DNA of 64,000 nt from an uncultured Candidatus Saccharibacteria bacterium (GCA_964416765.1 CAYQEU010000002.1:14877-78876), one strand, 5' to 3'. Positions 41,266 through 51,082 are shown, numbered from the stretch's first letter. The notes: a model not told the origin generated them from the letters alone. Made by a program: numbers and translations.

Positions 41266-41676
41266 CTAGTGTTTCAAGTATTTAAGTTTGACCTGCTGCT
41301 TTTCCCATTTGTCCTTCTCGGCGCGGTACTGCCTTAAAGCATAGACCAGCGCGGTCACAAACCAAATCAGGGTGATCAACCCGATCAACCAAGCAGCAAA
41401 GTGGGAACCGAATAACTTAACGTTTTCGAAACGGAGCCCATACCAAATTACTTCGAGAATGCCGCCGGTACCTAAAGGGGCTGCTAGCTTGTGCCACATA
41501 TTCTTGGTAACAGGGTTCTTTGACCACAGGCTAAAAATTTCGAAAATCGCGGCAAAGATAACGGACACCAGTCCGGCAATCATGTACAACCGGTCACCGG
41601 AGCTAAAGGGCATAAAGCTGAAATCGAAAATATAACTGAGGCTGAATACGTGAGTAATTGTTTCTTTGAAGTTCAT
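41266..41676 (-). CDS. hypothetical membrane protein (3 TM)
   Basis: Hydrophobic helices; tight operonic spacing. Confidence 0.75.
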   Translation of the reverse strand: MNFKETITHVFSLSYIFDFSFMPFSSGDRLYMIAGLVSVIFAAIFEIFSLWSKNPVTKNMWHKLAAPLGTGGILEVIWYGLRFENVKLFGSHFAAWLIGLITLIWFVTALVYALRQYRAEKDKWEKQQVKLKYLKH

Positions 41677-41677
41677 A

Positions 41678-42205
41678 TTATTTTACAAAAATAGAGGCGT
41701 AATGGTAACTATCGGCCGGGACTTCGGCTTCATGGCGTATGCCAATCTTGGTGAATTCTTCCGTTAACTCTTCCGGTGAAATTCGGCGCGACATGTCGGG
41801 TCCAAACGGCGTTGGGACTTTTTTCCACTCCACCGCAAGGATCTTGCCGCCGGTTTTAAGTAAGCGGTAAGCATTTTTGAGCAGTTCATCGCGCAGTTCC
41901 ACTTCGTGGAGAATACTGGCCATTATAACAGCGTCGCACATGGCATCCGGAATATCCAGGAAGGGGCGGTCCAGATCAGCCTTCATGGTAATGATGTTGT
42001 TCAAGCTGTATTGCTTGGCGGCGGACTGGGTGGCGGCAAGCTTGCTGTCTTGCACATCCAGCGCGTACACAACCCCACCGCTTCCAACCGCTTTGGCGGC
42101 TGCTACCGAGAAAAAGCCGGCGCCACAGCCCATGTCGGCAACTACAGACCCTCGGGACAGAGCCAGGTGACCTACTACCACTCCAGGATTTACGAATTTT
42201 ACCAT
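41678..42205 (-). CDS. class I SAM-dependent methyltransferase
   Basis: VADMGCGAGFF motif I, VYALDV, LKTGGKILAVEW. Confidence 0.92.
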   Translation of the reverse strand: MVKFVNPGVVVGHLALSRGSVVADMGCGAGFFSVAAAKAVGSGGVVYALDVQDSKLAATQSAAKQYSLNNIITMKADLDRPFLDIPDAMCDAVIMASILHEVELRDELLKNAYRLLKTGGKILAVEWKKVPTPFGPDMSRRISPEELTEEFTKIGIRHEAEVPADSYHYASIFVK

Positions 42206-42206
42206 T

Positions 42207-43007
42207 TTATTTTAGTGTTATTGTTTGGCGGACAGGCTCAATACTGGTTGCCAATCCATGCTCCACGGTAATAAGCACTGCGTTAACTACCATGGGGCCG
42301 TCTTCTTCCACTTCCATCCGGAACTTGCCTTTTTCCAGGAATAGGTTGAAGGCAATTTCCTTTTGGGCGCCGATTACCGAATCTTGCGGTCCGGTCATAC
42401 CGGCATCGGTGACGTAGCCGGTGCCATTGGGCAAAATCCGGTAGTCTGCGGTGGGAACATGCGTATGGGTCCCGATTAGAGCGGCGACTCGGCCGTCCGC
42501 GTAAAGGCCCAAGGCGTTCTTTTCGCTGGTTGCTTCGGCATGGAAATCTACTAGTATTATATCATTTTTCTGGGCATTTTTAAGGGCTTCGTCGAGAGCG
42601 AAAAACGGATTGTTTATGACACCGCCATATTGCCCTTCAAAGAAAACTTTTCCGCCAAGGTTAATGACGAAAAAATTAGCGCCGTTCTTTTCAATACGGC
42701 ACCAGCCGCGGCCGGGCAAGGATTCATCGTAGTTAAAGGGGCGAATAAGGTTGGGGTACTCCTGGAAGCTTTCACTGGCTCCCGGCTCCTTATCAAATAC
42801 GTGGTTACCGGAAGTAAATACTTCTACACCCAAATCCTCCAGTTCCTTCAAGGTATTCAAGGTGACCCCTTTGCCATGCGCCAGATTTTCCACGTTGGCA
42901 ACGACCAGGTCGGGCTTATGCTGTTCGCGCAAAGACGGCAAAACCTGGGCAAGCGTCCGTCGCCCAGGTTTTCCAATAATATCTCCGAAAAAAAGTATCT
43001 TTGCCAT
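42207..43007 (-). CDS. ymdB: YmdB family metallophosphoesterase
   Basis: GDIIGKPGR, NVEN, TSGNH, DFHAEATSEK, GTHTHV, TDAGMTGP; downstream of rny. Confidence 0.96.
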   Translation of the reverse strand: MAKILFFGDIIGKPGRRTLAQVLPSLREQHKPDLVVANVENLAHGKGVTLNTLKELEDLGVEVFTSGNHVFDKEPGASESFQEYPNLIRPFNYDESLPGRGWCRIEKNGANFFVINLGGKVFFEGQYGGVINNPFFALDEALKNAQKNDIILVDFHAEATSEKNALGLYADGRVAALIGTHTHVPTADYRILPNGTGYVTDAGMTGPQDSVIGAQKEIAFNLFLEKGKFRMEVEEDGPMVVNAVLITVEHGLATSIEPVRQTITLK

Positions 43008-43300
43008 TATGTGAAGTTCCCCAAGCTAAATCCCGACAAAACTAATATGAATAATCCAACGATTGTTACTAATGAAATCGCTATTACTAAGAGTGCTATA
43101 AGGACGTTCTTTAATTGGAACTTTGGATTATCGCTATTGTTAGTAGTTACTGAGTTATTCTTTGCAGATCGCTTTATCAAGTAGAGTGCAGCCATTAAAA
43201 TGACCTGTATTACTAATACCCATGGAGTAACCGAAAATACCAGTAACCCGACTGCTAGGACTAAAACAATTGGTAGGATCCCGATAAAGCTTATCTTCAT
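43007..43300 (-). CDS. small AT-rich membrane protein between rny and ymdB
   Basis: 97 aa, about three hydrophobic helices; start and stop overlap both neighbours (TAATG). Confidence 0.7.
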   Translation of the reverse strand: MKISFIGILPIVLVLAVGLLVFSVTPWVLVIQVILMAALYLIKRSAKNNSVTTNNSDNPKFQLKNVLIALLVIAISLVTIVGLFILVLSGFSLGNFT

Positions 43301-44847
43301 TATCTCGCGTACTCAATTATGCGATAATCGCGGATTACATGTACGCGGATTTCACCAGGGTAGCGCAATTCATTTTCCAACCGGTTGGCAATGTCGCGGG
43401 CGAGCTTTTGGCAGGCTAGATCATCAATCTTTTCCGGACGAACGAACACGCGAATCTCACGGCCACCCTGGATGGCGTAAGTCTTGTCCACGCCTTCGTA
43501 AGAGTTGGCAATATTTTCCAGGTCAGTAAGGCGCTTAACATAGTTTTCGTAAGAGTCCTTGCGGGCGCCAGGGCGGGATCCGGAGATGGCGTCACAAGCA
43601 TCAACAATCATTGCTTCCACGGAGAGAGGGCCCTGGTGCTGCTGGGAGCTTTCCGATACGTCGGTGTCGTGGTGATGGCTCTCAATAGCGTTCACAACGC
43701 GCTTGTCGAGGTTAAACTTCTCAGCGATGCGCATTCCAATATCAACGTGAGTTCCTTCCATATCCTGGTCCAACGCTTTTCCAATGTCATGGAGCAAACA
43801 GCCTTGTTTTACAATGCCTACGTCCGCCCCCACCTCTTGGGCAATCAAAGCGCCAATCTTGGCCATTTCGGTGGAGTGACGGAGAACGTTCTGGCCGTAG
43901 GAGGTACGGAACATAAGTCGCCCCACTAAGTGAACTAGCTTCGGCGGGAAGTTGGTAATACCGAGGTCGTATACGGTCTGTTCACCAGCATGCTTTATCT
44001 GTTCGTTGATTTCAGCTTTGCTGCGTTCATAAGCCTCTTCAATGCGGGCCGGGTGGATACGCCCGTCAGACAAAAGCTTTTCCAAGGTAAGCTTGGCAAT
44101 GTGGCGACGGATGGAATTAAAGCCGGAGATAACCACGGTGTCGGGGGAATCATCAATGAGAATTTCCACGCCCATAAGCTGTTCAAACGCGCGGATGTTG
44201 CGACCTTCCTTGCCGATAATGCGGCCTTTCATCTCTTCATTTGGAATGGTAATAGTAGTGGTCGTGGTTTCAGCGGTAACTTCGCTGGCGACGCGCTCAA
44301 TAGCCTGGCCAATGATAATACGGGCATCACGGTCCGCATCCTCATGGGCCTGGTTGAGGAGTTTGCGGTGGAGACCGATCATTTCTTCCTTAATGGTCTT
44401 CTCCGCGTTATTAAGGAGGACTTTACCGGCTTCCTCACGGGTCATTTGGGCGATCTTTTCCAGGTTCTCGAGCTGTTTAGCACGCAGTTCCTTAATTTCT
44501 TCCTGGGCGGTTTTTAACTTTTCTTTTTCCTGCTCCAGAACCTCACCTTTTTGTTCTAACTGCTGGGATTTTTGGTCCAGGTCCTTTTCTTTGCGGTCAA
44601 TACGCTCTTCAAAACGAACTATCTGGTTGCGGAAGTCCTGTTCGGTTTTCTTAGCCTGCTCGGTTATTTCCAAAGCACCGGCCTTGGCTTCCAAAAGGAT
44701 TTCCTTCTCGCGGTTCCGGGCCTCATCAACGATTTTTTGGGCCCGGGCTTCCGCGCTTCCAACTTTCTTGGAAGAGGAGATGTGTCGGATCGCATACCCG
44801 ACTGCTCCGCCGACCACTAAGGCGGCTAAAGCGATTACAAATTGCAT
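43300..44847 (-). CDS. rny: ribonuclease Y
   Basis: N-terminal TM, coiled coil, KH (MKGRIIGKEGRNIR), HD (LLHDIGKA), DAISGSRPGAR; start moved to the ATG at 44847. Confidence 0.98.
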   Translation of the reverse strand: MQFVIALAALVVGGAVGYAIRHISSSKKVGSAEARAQKIVDEARNREKEILLEAKAGALEITEQAKKTEQDFRNQIVRFEERIDRKEKDLDQKSQQLEQKGEVLEQEKEKLKTAQEEIKELRAKQLENLEKIAQMTREEAGKVLLNNAEKTIKEEMIGLHRKLLNQAHEDADRDARIIIGQAIERVASEVTAETTTTTITIPNEEMKGRIIGKEGRNIRAFEQLMGVEILIDDSPDTVVISGFNSIRRHIAKLTLEKLLSDGRIHPARIEEAYERSKAEINEQIKHAGEQTVYDLGITNFPPKLVHLVGRLMFRTSYGQNVLRHSTEMAKIGALIAQEVGADVGIVKQGCLLHDIGKALDQDMEGTHVDIGMRIAEKFNLDKRVVNAIESHHHDTDVSESSQQHQGPLSVEAMIVDACDAISGSRPGARKDSYENYVKRLTDLENIANSYEGVDKTYAIQGGREIRVFVRPEKIDDLACQKLARDIANRLENELRYPGEIRVHVIRDYRIIEYAR

Positions 44848-45025
44848 AAAATTCCTTAACTTTCGCAAAAGTAAGGAATAAGAAAAAACTGCTAATTTTT
44901 AGAATTAGATACGCGGACTAGCTATGGGTTTTGGTTGAAAAAAGCTAGAGAGAGAACGCATTATAGTCTAAAAGAATCAGGTTATTCTTACTTTTGCGGA
45001 TTAACTGGTGAAATCTAAATTAACT
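44848..45025 (-). ncRNA. structured rny leader or candidate 6S-like RNA
   Basis: Rod closed by CGCAAAAGTAAG/CTTACTTTTGCG plus AATAA/TTATT, inner stems TTTTAGA/TCTAAAA and CTAGCT/AGCTAG; promoter TTGACC-17-TACTTT at 45032-45060. Confidence 0.5.
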
Positions 45026-45093
45026 GCCTATAAAGTACCACAAATCAGGGTTCCGGTCAATTAAGCGGTATTTTGGCAAAAAATAAAAGCCTC

Positions 45094-45465
45094 CTATTTG
45101 GAGGCTTTCTTAGCGGCTGGTTTAGCCGTAGCTTTTCGATAACGCGGAGCATTATCACGAAGCTTACGGACATAGTAAAGCTTGGACTTTCTGGAATCGC
45201 CGTCTTTGACGATTTCAAGCTTAACGATATTTGGCGAATGCAGAGGGTAAATACGTTCTACGCCTACACCGCTGGCGATCTTGCGGACCATGAAAGTGGC
45301 ATTGGCGCCGGTGCCGCCCTTGCGGGCAATAACTACACCTTCGAAAATTTGGATACGCTCCTTGCCGCCTTCCTTAATGCGTTGGTGTACCTTAACCACA
45401 TAGCCGGTTTTGAATTCGGGAAGTTCTTGTAATTTAGTAGATGAGAGGTTCTTTACGATTGCCAT
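45094..45465 (-). CDS. rplS: 50S ribosomal protein L19
   Basis: KEGGKERIQIFEGVVI...TFMVRKIASGVGVERIYPLHSP...KLYYVR. Confidence 0.98.
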   Translation of the reverse strand: MAIVKNLSSTKLQELPEFKTGYVVKVHQRIKEGGKERIQIFEGVVIARKGGTGANATFMVRKIASGVGVERIYPLHSPNIVKLEIVKDGDSRKSKLYYVRKLRDNAPRYRKATAKPAAKKASK

Positions 45466-45474
45466 AATTATTGT

Positions 45475-46410
45475 TTAGATTGCGGTAATTTTCTTGCTGC
45501 CGAGTTTAGTGAGAACGTCACGTAAATCTGCGGGCAGCGGGCTTTCGGCTTCTATCCAAGTCCCATCCGGGAGCTGGACTTCAATCCTTCTGGCATGAAG
45601 GAATTGGCGTTGAAGACCCAATTCTTTAGCCTGTTTTTGGGCGGGCTTTGTGCTGTAGAGGGCGTCACCAACTAGCGGAAACCCTTTAGACAAAAAGTGA
45701 ACGCGAATCTGGTGCGTTCTACCTGTGTGTAATCTTACACGAATTAGGGTGTAATCGTCAAGGTATTCCACTACCCAATATTCCGTCAAGGAAGGTTTAG
45801 CCATAATCATGTTCTTCGAAGTGTACTTGCGAAAGTCCGTTTTGCTCTTGCCGATAGGCAAATCTATGGTCCCATGCTGGTCCGGGACCCGGCCATGGAC
45901 CAGAGCCAGGTATTCTTTTTTGACCCGGCGTTCCGCGAAGGCGTCTTTGAGATATTCGTATACCGGCTGGGTTAGGGCAATGAGGATAACCCCGGAGGTA
46001 TCTTTATCCAAACGGTGCACGATGCCGGAACGACCCTCTTCCCCCACCAAGCGAATATCCTTGAATTTATACAAAAGCATGTCCGCTAACGAGTCGCCCT
46101 TAACACCAGCGCCAGCATGCACGGAAAGCCCCGCAGGCTTGTCTATGATTAACAGGCCGTGGTTGTTATACAGCGTTTTTAACGCTATCGGTTTGGGCAC
46201 CCGTTTTTCTTCAGGCAATTTTTTATACTCAACCTTGTCATCCAGGCGCACCACAAACTTCGGACTGTCCTGCAACTTCCCATTCACAGACACGCACCCG
46301 GCCTCAATGTCGCGCTGCAGCTGCGAACGGGAAACGTCCGTGATCTGTTCGGCCAGGAACTTGTCCAGCCGGGACTTTAATTCTTCTACTTTAAAGATAT
46401 GCTTGATCAT
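45475..46410 (-). CDS. RluA/RluD family pseudouridine synthase
   Basis: S4 domain RLDKFLA, KPAGLSVH, GIVHRLDKDTSG, TGRTHQIRVH, QFLHA. Confidence 0.96.
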   Translation of the reverse strand: MIKHIFKVEELKSRLDKFLAEQITDVSRSQLQRDIEAGCVSVNGKLQDSPKFVVRLDDKVEYKKLPEEKRVPKPIALKTLYNNHGLLIIDKPAGLSVHAGAGVKGDSLADMLLYKFKDIRLVGEEGRSGIVHRLDKDTSGVILIALTQPVYEYLKDAFAERRVKKEYLALVHGRVPDQHGTIDLPIGKSKTDFRKYTSKNMIMAKPSLTEYWVVEYLDDYTLIRVRLHTGRTHQIRVHFLSKGFPLVGDALYSTKPAQKQAKELGLQRQFLHARRIEVQLPDGTWIEAESPLPADLRDVLTKLGSKKITAI

Positions 46411-47117
46411 TTGAGTAGGTCGGGGCGGCGCTTGGCTGTGCGTTTACGCGCTTCTCCCGCGCGCCATTGGTTGATGTTGGCATGGTGGCCTGTTAACAGA
46501 ACTTTGGGGACGCGGTATTTTTTTCCATTCACTGCTAAGATCTCCGGCTTGGTGTATTGGGGGTATTCAAGCATGGCTTCACTAAAACTTTCCGCGTCAG
46601 CAGACTCGTCTTTACCTAACACTCCCGGGACTAGCCGGAGAACTGCTTCAGCAATTGCCAATGCCGGGAGCTCTCCCCCCATCAGGATAAAATCACCGAG
46701 GGAAATCTCTTCATCCACAAATTTACTGACGCGCTCATCAAACCCTTCATAGCGGCCACTCACCAGCAACAAGTCTTCGTATTTCACCAAGCGCTTTGCG
46801 TCAGCCTGTTTAAACGGCTTGCCCTGGGGTGTCATGAGAATTACGCGGCCTTTGGGTTTTTTCTTGCGCCAGGTGGAAATTGCCTTATGCAAAACATCAG
46901 CGCGGAGAACCATACCAACGCCACCGCCATATGGGCGGTCATCCACCGTACCCCGACGGTCCGGGCCAAATTTACGGAGATACAAAGCGTCAAACTTCAG
47001 GATCCCGTTCTTTATGGCCCGCTGGACAATACCAAATTTGGCGTAGTCCGCGATGAACTCCGGAAACAAAGTAAGTACGGTTATGCCTTTCTTAAGCCGT
47101 TTAGTGGTCTTTTTCAT
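46407..47117 (-). CDS. trmD: tRNA (guanine-37-N1)-methyltransferase
   Basis: TLFPE, VDDRPYGGGVGMV, GRYEGFDERV, SLGDFILMGGE, LEYPQYTKP. Confidence 0.98.
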   Translation of the reverse strand: MKKTTKRLKKGITVLTLFPEFIADYAKFGIVQRAIKNGILKFDALYLRKFGPDRRGTVDDRPYGGGVGMVLRADVLHKAISTWRKKKPKGRVILMTPQGKPFKQADAKRLVKYEDLLLVSGRYEGFDERVSKFVDEEISLGDFILMGGELPALAIAEAVLRLVPGVLGKDESADAESFSEAMLEYPQYTKPEILAVNGKKYRVPKVLLTGHHANINQWRAGEARKRTAKRRPDLLK

Positions 47118-47135
47118 ACAGATAAATAGTAACAC

Positions 47136-47164
47136 AAAACCCGCGTCATTATGGCGCGGGTTTT
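47136..47164 (-). terminator. intrinsic terminator after khpA
   Basis: AAAACCCGCG-TCATTATGG-CGCGGGTTTT. Confidence 0.75.
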
Positions 47165-47177
47165 AAAATGTTTGGGA

Positions 47178-47576
47178 TTAGAGCTTGAAGTCGTCGTCAT
47201 CGTCCATTCCACTGTCGGTTGGGGTGGACATTTCTGCCTGGCCTTCGGACATGTTGTTGTCAGACATATGATTGTCGGACATGTGGTTGTCAGAGTGATG
47301 ACTCTGGCCGCCGTGATGGCCACGATGGGAACCTTCCGGTTCGTTGATCTTCAGGTTAACGCGAGCTTTGTGCTTAGCGCCAACAACGCGGAGCAGAGTG
47401 CGGACAGCCTTGGCAGTCTGACCCATGCGACCGATGACCTGGCCCATATCAGCCGGGTTGATGAAAAGGGTAATTAATACTCCCATTTCATCGACGGTTC
47501 TCTCGGTCCTAACGTCTTGTGGGTTGTCGACTAACGCTTTGACAATGTACTCTACAAATTCTTGATCTTGTTCCAT
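47178..47576 (-). CDS. khpA: KH domain RNA-binding protein KhpA with His/Met-rich tail
   Basis: VEYIVKALVDNP...DMGQVIGRMGQTAKAVRTLL; position upstream of trmD. Confidence 0.93.
   Translation of the reverse strand: MEQDQEFVEYIVKALVDNPQDVRTERTVDEMGVLITLFINPADMGQVIGRMGQTAKAVRTLLRVVGAKHKARVNLKINEPEGSHRGHHGGQSHHSDNHMSDNHMSDNNMSEGQAEMSTPTDSGMDDDDDFKL
47246..47300 (-). repeat. 15-nt imperfect tandem repeat (SDNHM units)
   Basis: CGGACATGTTGTTGT/CAGACATATGATTGT/CGGACATGTGGTTGT/CAGAGTGATG. Confidence 0.85.
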
Positions 47577-47668
47577 TATCTTTCGATTCTTGCTTGGTAA
47601 GCTTTCTTCGACCTTTCTGTAATTTATCTAACTGAAATGATTATACGGAAGCGGCGTGTTGCTGTCAA

Positions 47669-50600
47669 TTATGGCGCGATTTCCTGGCGATCCGGATTGC
47701 CGGATACGTCGGTAAACAGATAGGCCGGAGTAATTACGCGCTTATTGGGGAAGTTGCTCGGTTTAATATCTCCGATGTTTTGGAATCGGTAGATTGAGCC
47801 TGAGGCCGGCTTGGTAACGGTCGCGGTAAAGGAAATACTGCAAGTGGAGCTTGGCGCAACATCACCCACGGTGATGTTAATCGCGCCACCCTTGGCTATG
47901 GTTGCCGAACCGCTGGCACACCCCGAATAGGTGAAGTTGCCCGGGTTAGACAAGTTAGACAAGGTATCCGTGACTTGGACGGCAGTGGCTGCCCGGTCTC
48001 CAGTGTTACAAATATTGATGCGGAAGGTCACAATGTCGTTAACCTTGAATGACTTGCCGCCCTGCAAAGTTACCGGGTCGGAAACCGCGTTACAAGGTAT
48101 GACAGTGGAGGTAATGTTATTCGGGCTGGCCGCGGTGATATCCTTGTCGGAAGTAGACAGGTCAACCACACAGGCCCTGACGTTAGCCGGACCGGCACTT
48201 GCTTTAGCCGATTCAGCCGCTCCATTCAAGGCAGTTACCGCGTAGTAGTAGTTTCCTATCGGCGGATGATCAACGTAGGAGAAAGTTGAAGGATCTAACG
48301 GCGAGCCGGTAATTCGCTGCCAGGTTGAACCATCAGTAGAACGGTAAACATAGTACCCTGTAACGGTCTGGAGACCACGCGGGCGCTGCCAGGTTATGGT
48401 CGCCTGTTCACAAACAGAAACGTCTATATTCACTCGCTGTGGCGGGTTGGGAGCCACCACATTATTAACTACCACAGTTACTATTGCTGAAGCGGAGGTT
48501 GGGGTGGTGTTGGGGTTTTCACAGTAGCCCAGGAAGCGATAACTGCCTGCCGCGTTAAATGGCCCGTAGGAAATGTCGCCATTTACAGTGTTAGCCCCAT
48601 TGATGGGTACCCATTCTCCAGTATCAAAGCCGTCTTCCCAATACACTTGGCAAGTGGCGGCGTTGGTGGAACCCCAAACCAGATTGGTATTTTGTCCTAC
48701 ATTAACCGGGGATGTTCGGGTTAACCACGCATCCAAAGGAAGCGCGGCCTGTACCTGGATGGTAATTATGGTATTTACTTGGGTCGGGGTAGTATTGGTG
48801 GCGTTGGCCTGGCAAAGGTACCGGGTAGTGGAAGTCAAAAGCGCCGATTGAACACTACCGCTATTGCCCGTAGCTCCCGAAATCGGAACCCAATCTCCCG
48901 CGTTAAGGGTCTGCTCACGGTAGATTTGGGTAGTCTGTGAGTTTGGCGCGGACCAGGTTAGTGTTGTGCTGGTGTTGTATGGAATTGGCGAAGCTGGATT
49001 TGCGGTAAGGGAACAATCCAGCGGCGACGGGGCAGCCACATGGGTTACCGAAGTCGCGGTTCGCTGGGTTGGAGAAGCGTTAGAGTTGGTACACTGGTTG
49101 TAAAAAGTGTAGTCTCCCGGCCCTGGTAATGGATTGGTCACGAATGAGCTGTGGAGGGAAGTACCAATTTGAACGGTCTGACTGGAAGGAGTCACATACC
49201 ACTGTTGGCAGGTAGTACCAGGAGCTGGGTTTGGTGAATCCCAACTAACATTAGCTGTTCCCAAGTTATTTATGTTCGCTGGGGAAGTTATGGTCGCGTC
49301 CAAGTTAACTGAATTGGATATAACAGTGGCTACAGCGTCTCGTTGGGGAGGAGTGGCAGTAGCACTGACACATTGGTTCAGGAAACTGTACGTCCCTATT
49401 TGGGCAATCGAGTAATCGGAGGCACCGCTAGTGCTGCCATACGGAGCGCCAGTCAATTCGGTATAGCTCGGCGCGCCCGGAGCCTGGACAAACTGCCTAC
49501 ATGAATCAGCATTAGTTGAGCCCCACACTAAGTGGGTGGACTGCCCCGCTGAAACAGGAGAAGTGGCGGTCATGGTTGCATCCAGAGGGATGGGCTGTCC
49601 CTGAACGTTAACCGGGATGTTGCCTGGCTGGCCGAACACGGTATGACTCTGCAAATCTACTAATTTAAATTGAAGGGTGTAAGTTCCGCCGGTGCTGGGA
49701 GTAGTAATGTTAACGGGCGCAAACTGCCCCTGTTGGCCAAAATGGACGCTCGAATAGGGCGGGGTGTAGTTGGCAACTATTATGGTCGTAGTAACATAGT
49801 GACATGTATCGCCTGGATCTATAGGACGGGCTTGGGCCGTTGGAACAAGGAAATTTAGAATTGACCCAGCAATCTTTTGCAAAGCGCCGGTATTGTTCAC
49901 GACGGGTGGTTGATATGGTCCACCCCCAGGATTCTCACCGCCGCCAGGTTCACAAATTTCTTCTGTATATGTTTCTTCGTGAAAAGCTACATTCTGACGG
50001 ATAAAGAATGGGATAGTGTTGTCGGGTGTGGCGCTGGCGGGACTGGTATTTTCCGGAATAGTAGTAGCTGGTCCAGAATAAACATAGCTTGACCCATTGT
50101 AAGTCACATCGTTACTGTTGGAACGAAGCTGTTGGGAACGTACCTGGACACCAGAGCTTCCCACGTTACCCAGACGAATTAAGCGGTAACGATCGGAAGA
50201 TAAAATTTGGTAGTCATTACAGGTTGCACCGGTAGAATAATCAAATGGACCGCCTTCATCCTGGCTAACACAGTGGCCGTCCAAAGGCCGGACGGTCTTG
50301 TCAGCGTTCCACTGCACACCGCGGTTTTCAAAAACAATGTTGTAGTTGTTGTTATAAGCGGTGGAAGTAGCGAGTTGGGCTGTGGGGATTGTGGTACTGA
50401 TGTAGTTAGCATCGGGTGGAATATTAACAGAACCTACCTGCAAGTAAGCGCCGAAGCAACCGGGGTCGTTATCGCGCTGGGCCCCATAAGCCCAACCGGA
50501 AGGACTAGCCGAGTTGGCTGGACTCAAGGCAACACCGGATGAAGAGCCGCAACCGTTATAATCCCGCTGGTAGGCCAATGCCACACCGGCACTGACTCCG

Positions 50601-51082
50601 CTAAAAGTAGTCCCAGCCGGAAGCCCGCTATCAGTGACTGGCCTGGTGTTAACCTGAACGGACATGGTACCCGCTAAGTTGCCACCATGGTTGCCGGAAA
50701 TAGTTCCGTTAATAGAAGCCGGGTAGCCTTGGCTTTCGCTGGCCCAGCGGCTGCAGCTTTGCTGGCCGTTGTACCATAAACAAAACTGGAAATCCTGGGT
50801 GTAAGTATCCGGGTTGGCAATTCGGACCCGGAGACAGTCAGGGTCATTGCCGTCAGTAGTTGAAGTTCCTTCGCCTGCAACTTGGTGGTAACAGTCACCT
50901 GGCAAACTCGGGCCGGTATTGCGGCCGTCACCATACTGGATGTAAATGACGGGCGCGGTTTGGTCCGCTGCGGCCTGTTGTACCTTCCATAAGTTACCGA
51001 AAGAAAATGCCAAGGCCAGGGCCACGCCCGCGAATGCCAGCACTTTCATCCGTGAAGTAAAAATTTTGCGGATTTGTTTCAT
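47669..51082 (-). CDS. large secreted protein with four Ig-like repeats, FN3 and DUF11-like domains
   Basis: Signal peptide; four LDAx..T..P...LxW.S....C repeats; ITWQ...GYYVYRS...YYYAVTA FN3; DLSTSDK...VTFRINICNTG...VTDTL DUF11-like. Confidence 0.85.
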   Translation of the reverse strand: MKQIRKIFTSRMKVLAFAGVALALAFSFGNLWKVQQAAADQTAPVIYIQYGDGRNTGPSLPGDCYHQVAGEGTSTTDGNDPDCLRVRIANPDTYTQDFQFCLWYNGQQSCSRWASESQGYPASINGTISGNHGGNLAGTMSVQVNTRPVTDSGLPAGTTFSGVSAGVALAYQRDYNGCGSSSGVALSPANSASPSGWAYGAQRDNDPGCFGAYLQVGSVNIPPDANYISTTIPTAQLATSTAYNNNYNIVFENRGVQWNADKTVRPLDGHCVSQDEGGPFDYSTGATCNDYQILSSDRYRLIRLGNVGSSGVQVRSQQLRSNSNDVTYNGSSYVYSGPATTIPENTSPASATPDNTIPFFIRQNVAFHEETYTEEICEPGGGENPGGGPYQPPVVNNTGALQKIAGSILNFLVPTAQARPIDPGDTCHYVTTTIIVANYTPPYSSVHFGQQGQFAPVNITTPSTGGTYTLQFKLVDLQSHTVFGQPGNIPVNVQGQPIPLDATMTATSPVSAGQSTHLVWGSTNADSCRQFVQAPGAPSYTELTGAPYGSTSGASDYSIAQIGTYSFLNQCVSATATPPQRDAVATVISNSVNLDATITSPANINNLGTANVSWDSPNPAPGTTCQQWYVTPSSQTVQIGTSLHSSFVTNPLPGPGDYTFYNQCTNSNASPTQRTATSVTHVAAPSPLDCSLTANPASPIPYNTSTTLTWSAPNSQTTQIYREQTLNAGDWVPISGATGNSGSVQSALLTSTTRYLCQANATNTTPTQVNTIITIQVQAALPLDAWLTRTSPVNVGQNTNLVWGSTNAATCQVYWEDGFDTGEWVPINGANTVNGDISYGPFNAAGSYRFLGYCENPNTTPTSASAIVTVVVNNVVAPNPPQRVNIDVSVCEQATITWQRPRGLQTVTGYYVYRSTDGSTWQRITGSPLDPSTFSYVDHPPIGNYYYAVTALNGAAESAKASAGPANVRACVVDLSTSDKDITAASPNNITSTVIPCNAVSDPVTLQGGKSFKVNDIVTFRINICNTGDRAATAVQVTDTLSNLSNPGNFTYSGCASGSATIAKGGAINITVGDVAPSSTCSISFTATVTKPASGSIYRFQNIGDIKPSNFPNKRVITPAYLFTDVSGNPDRQEIAP

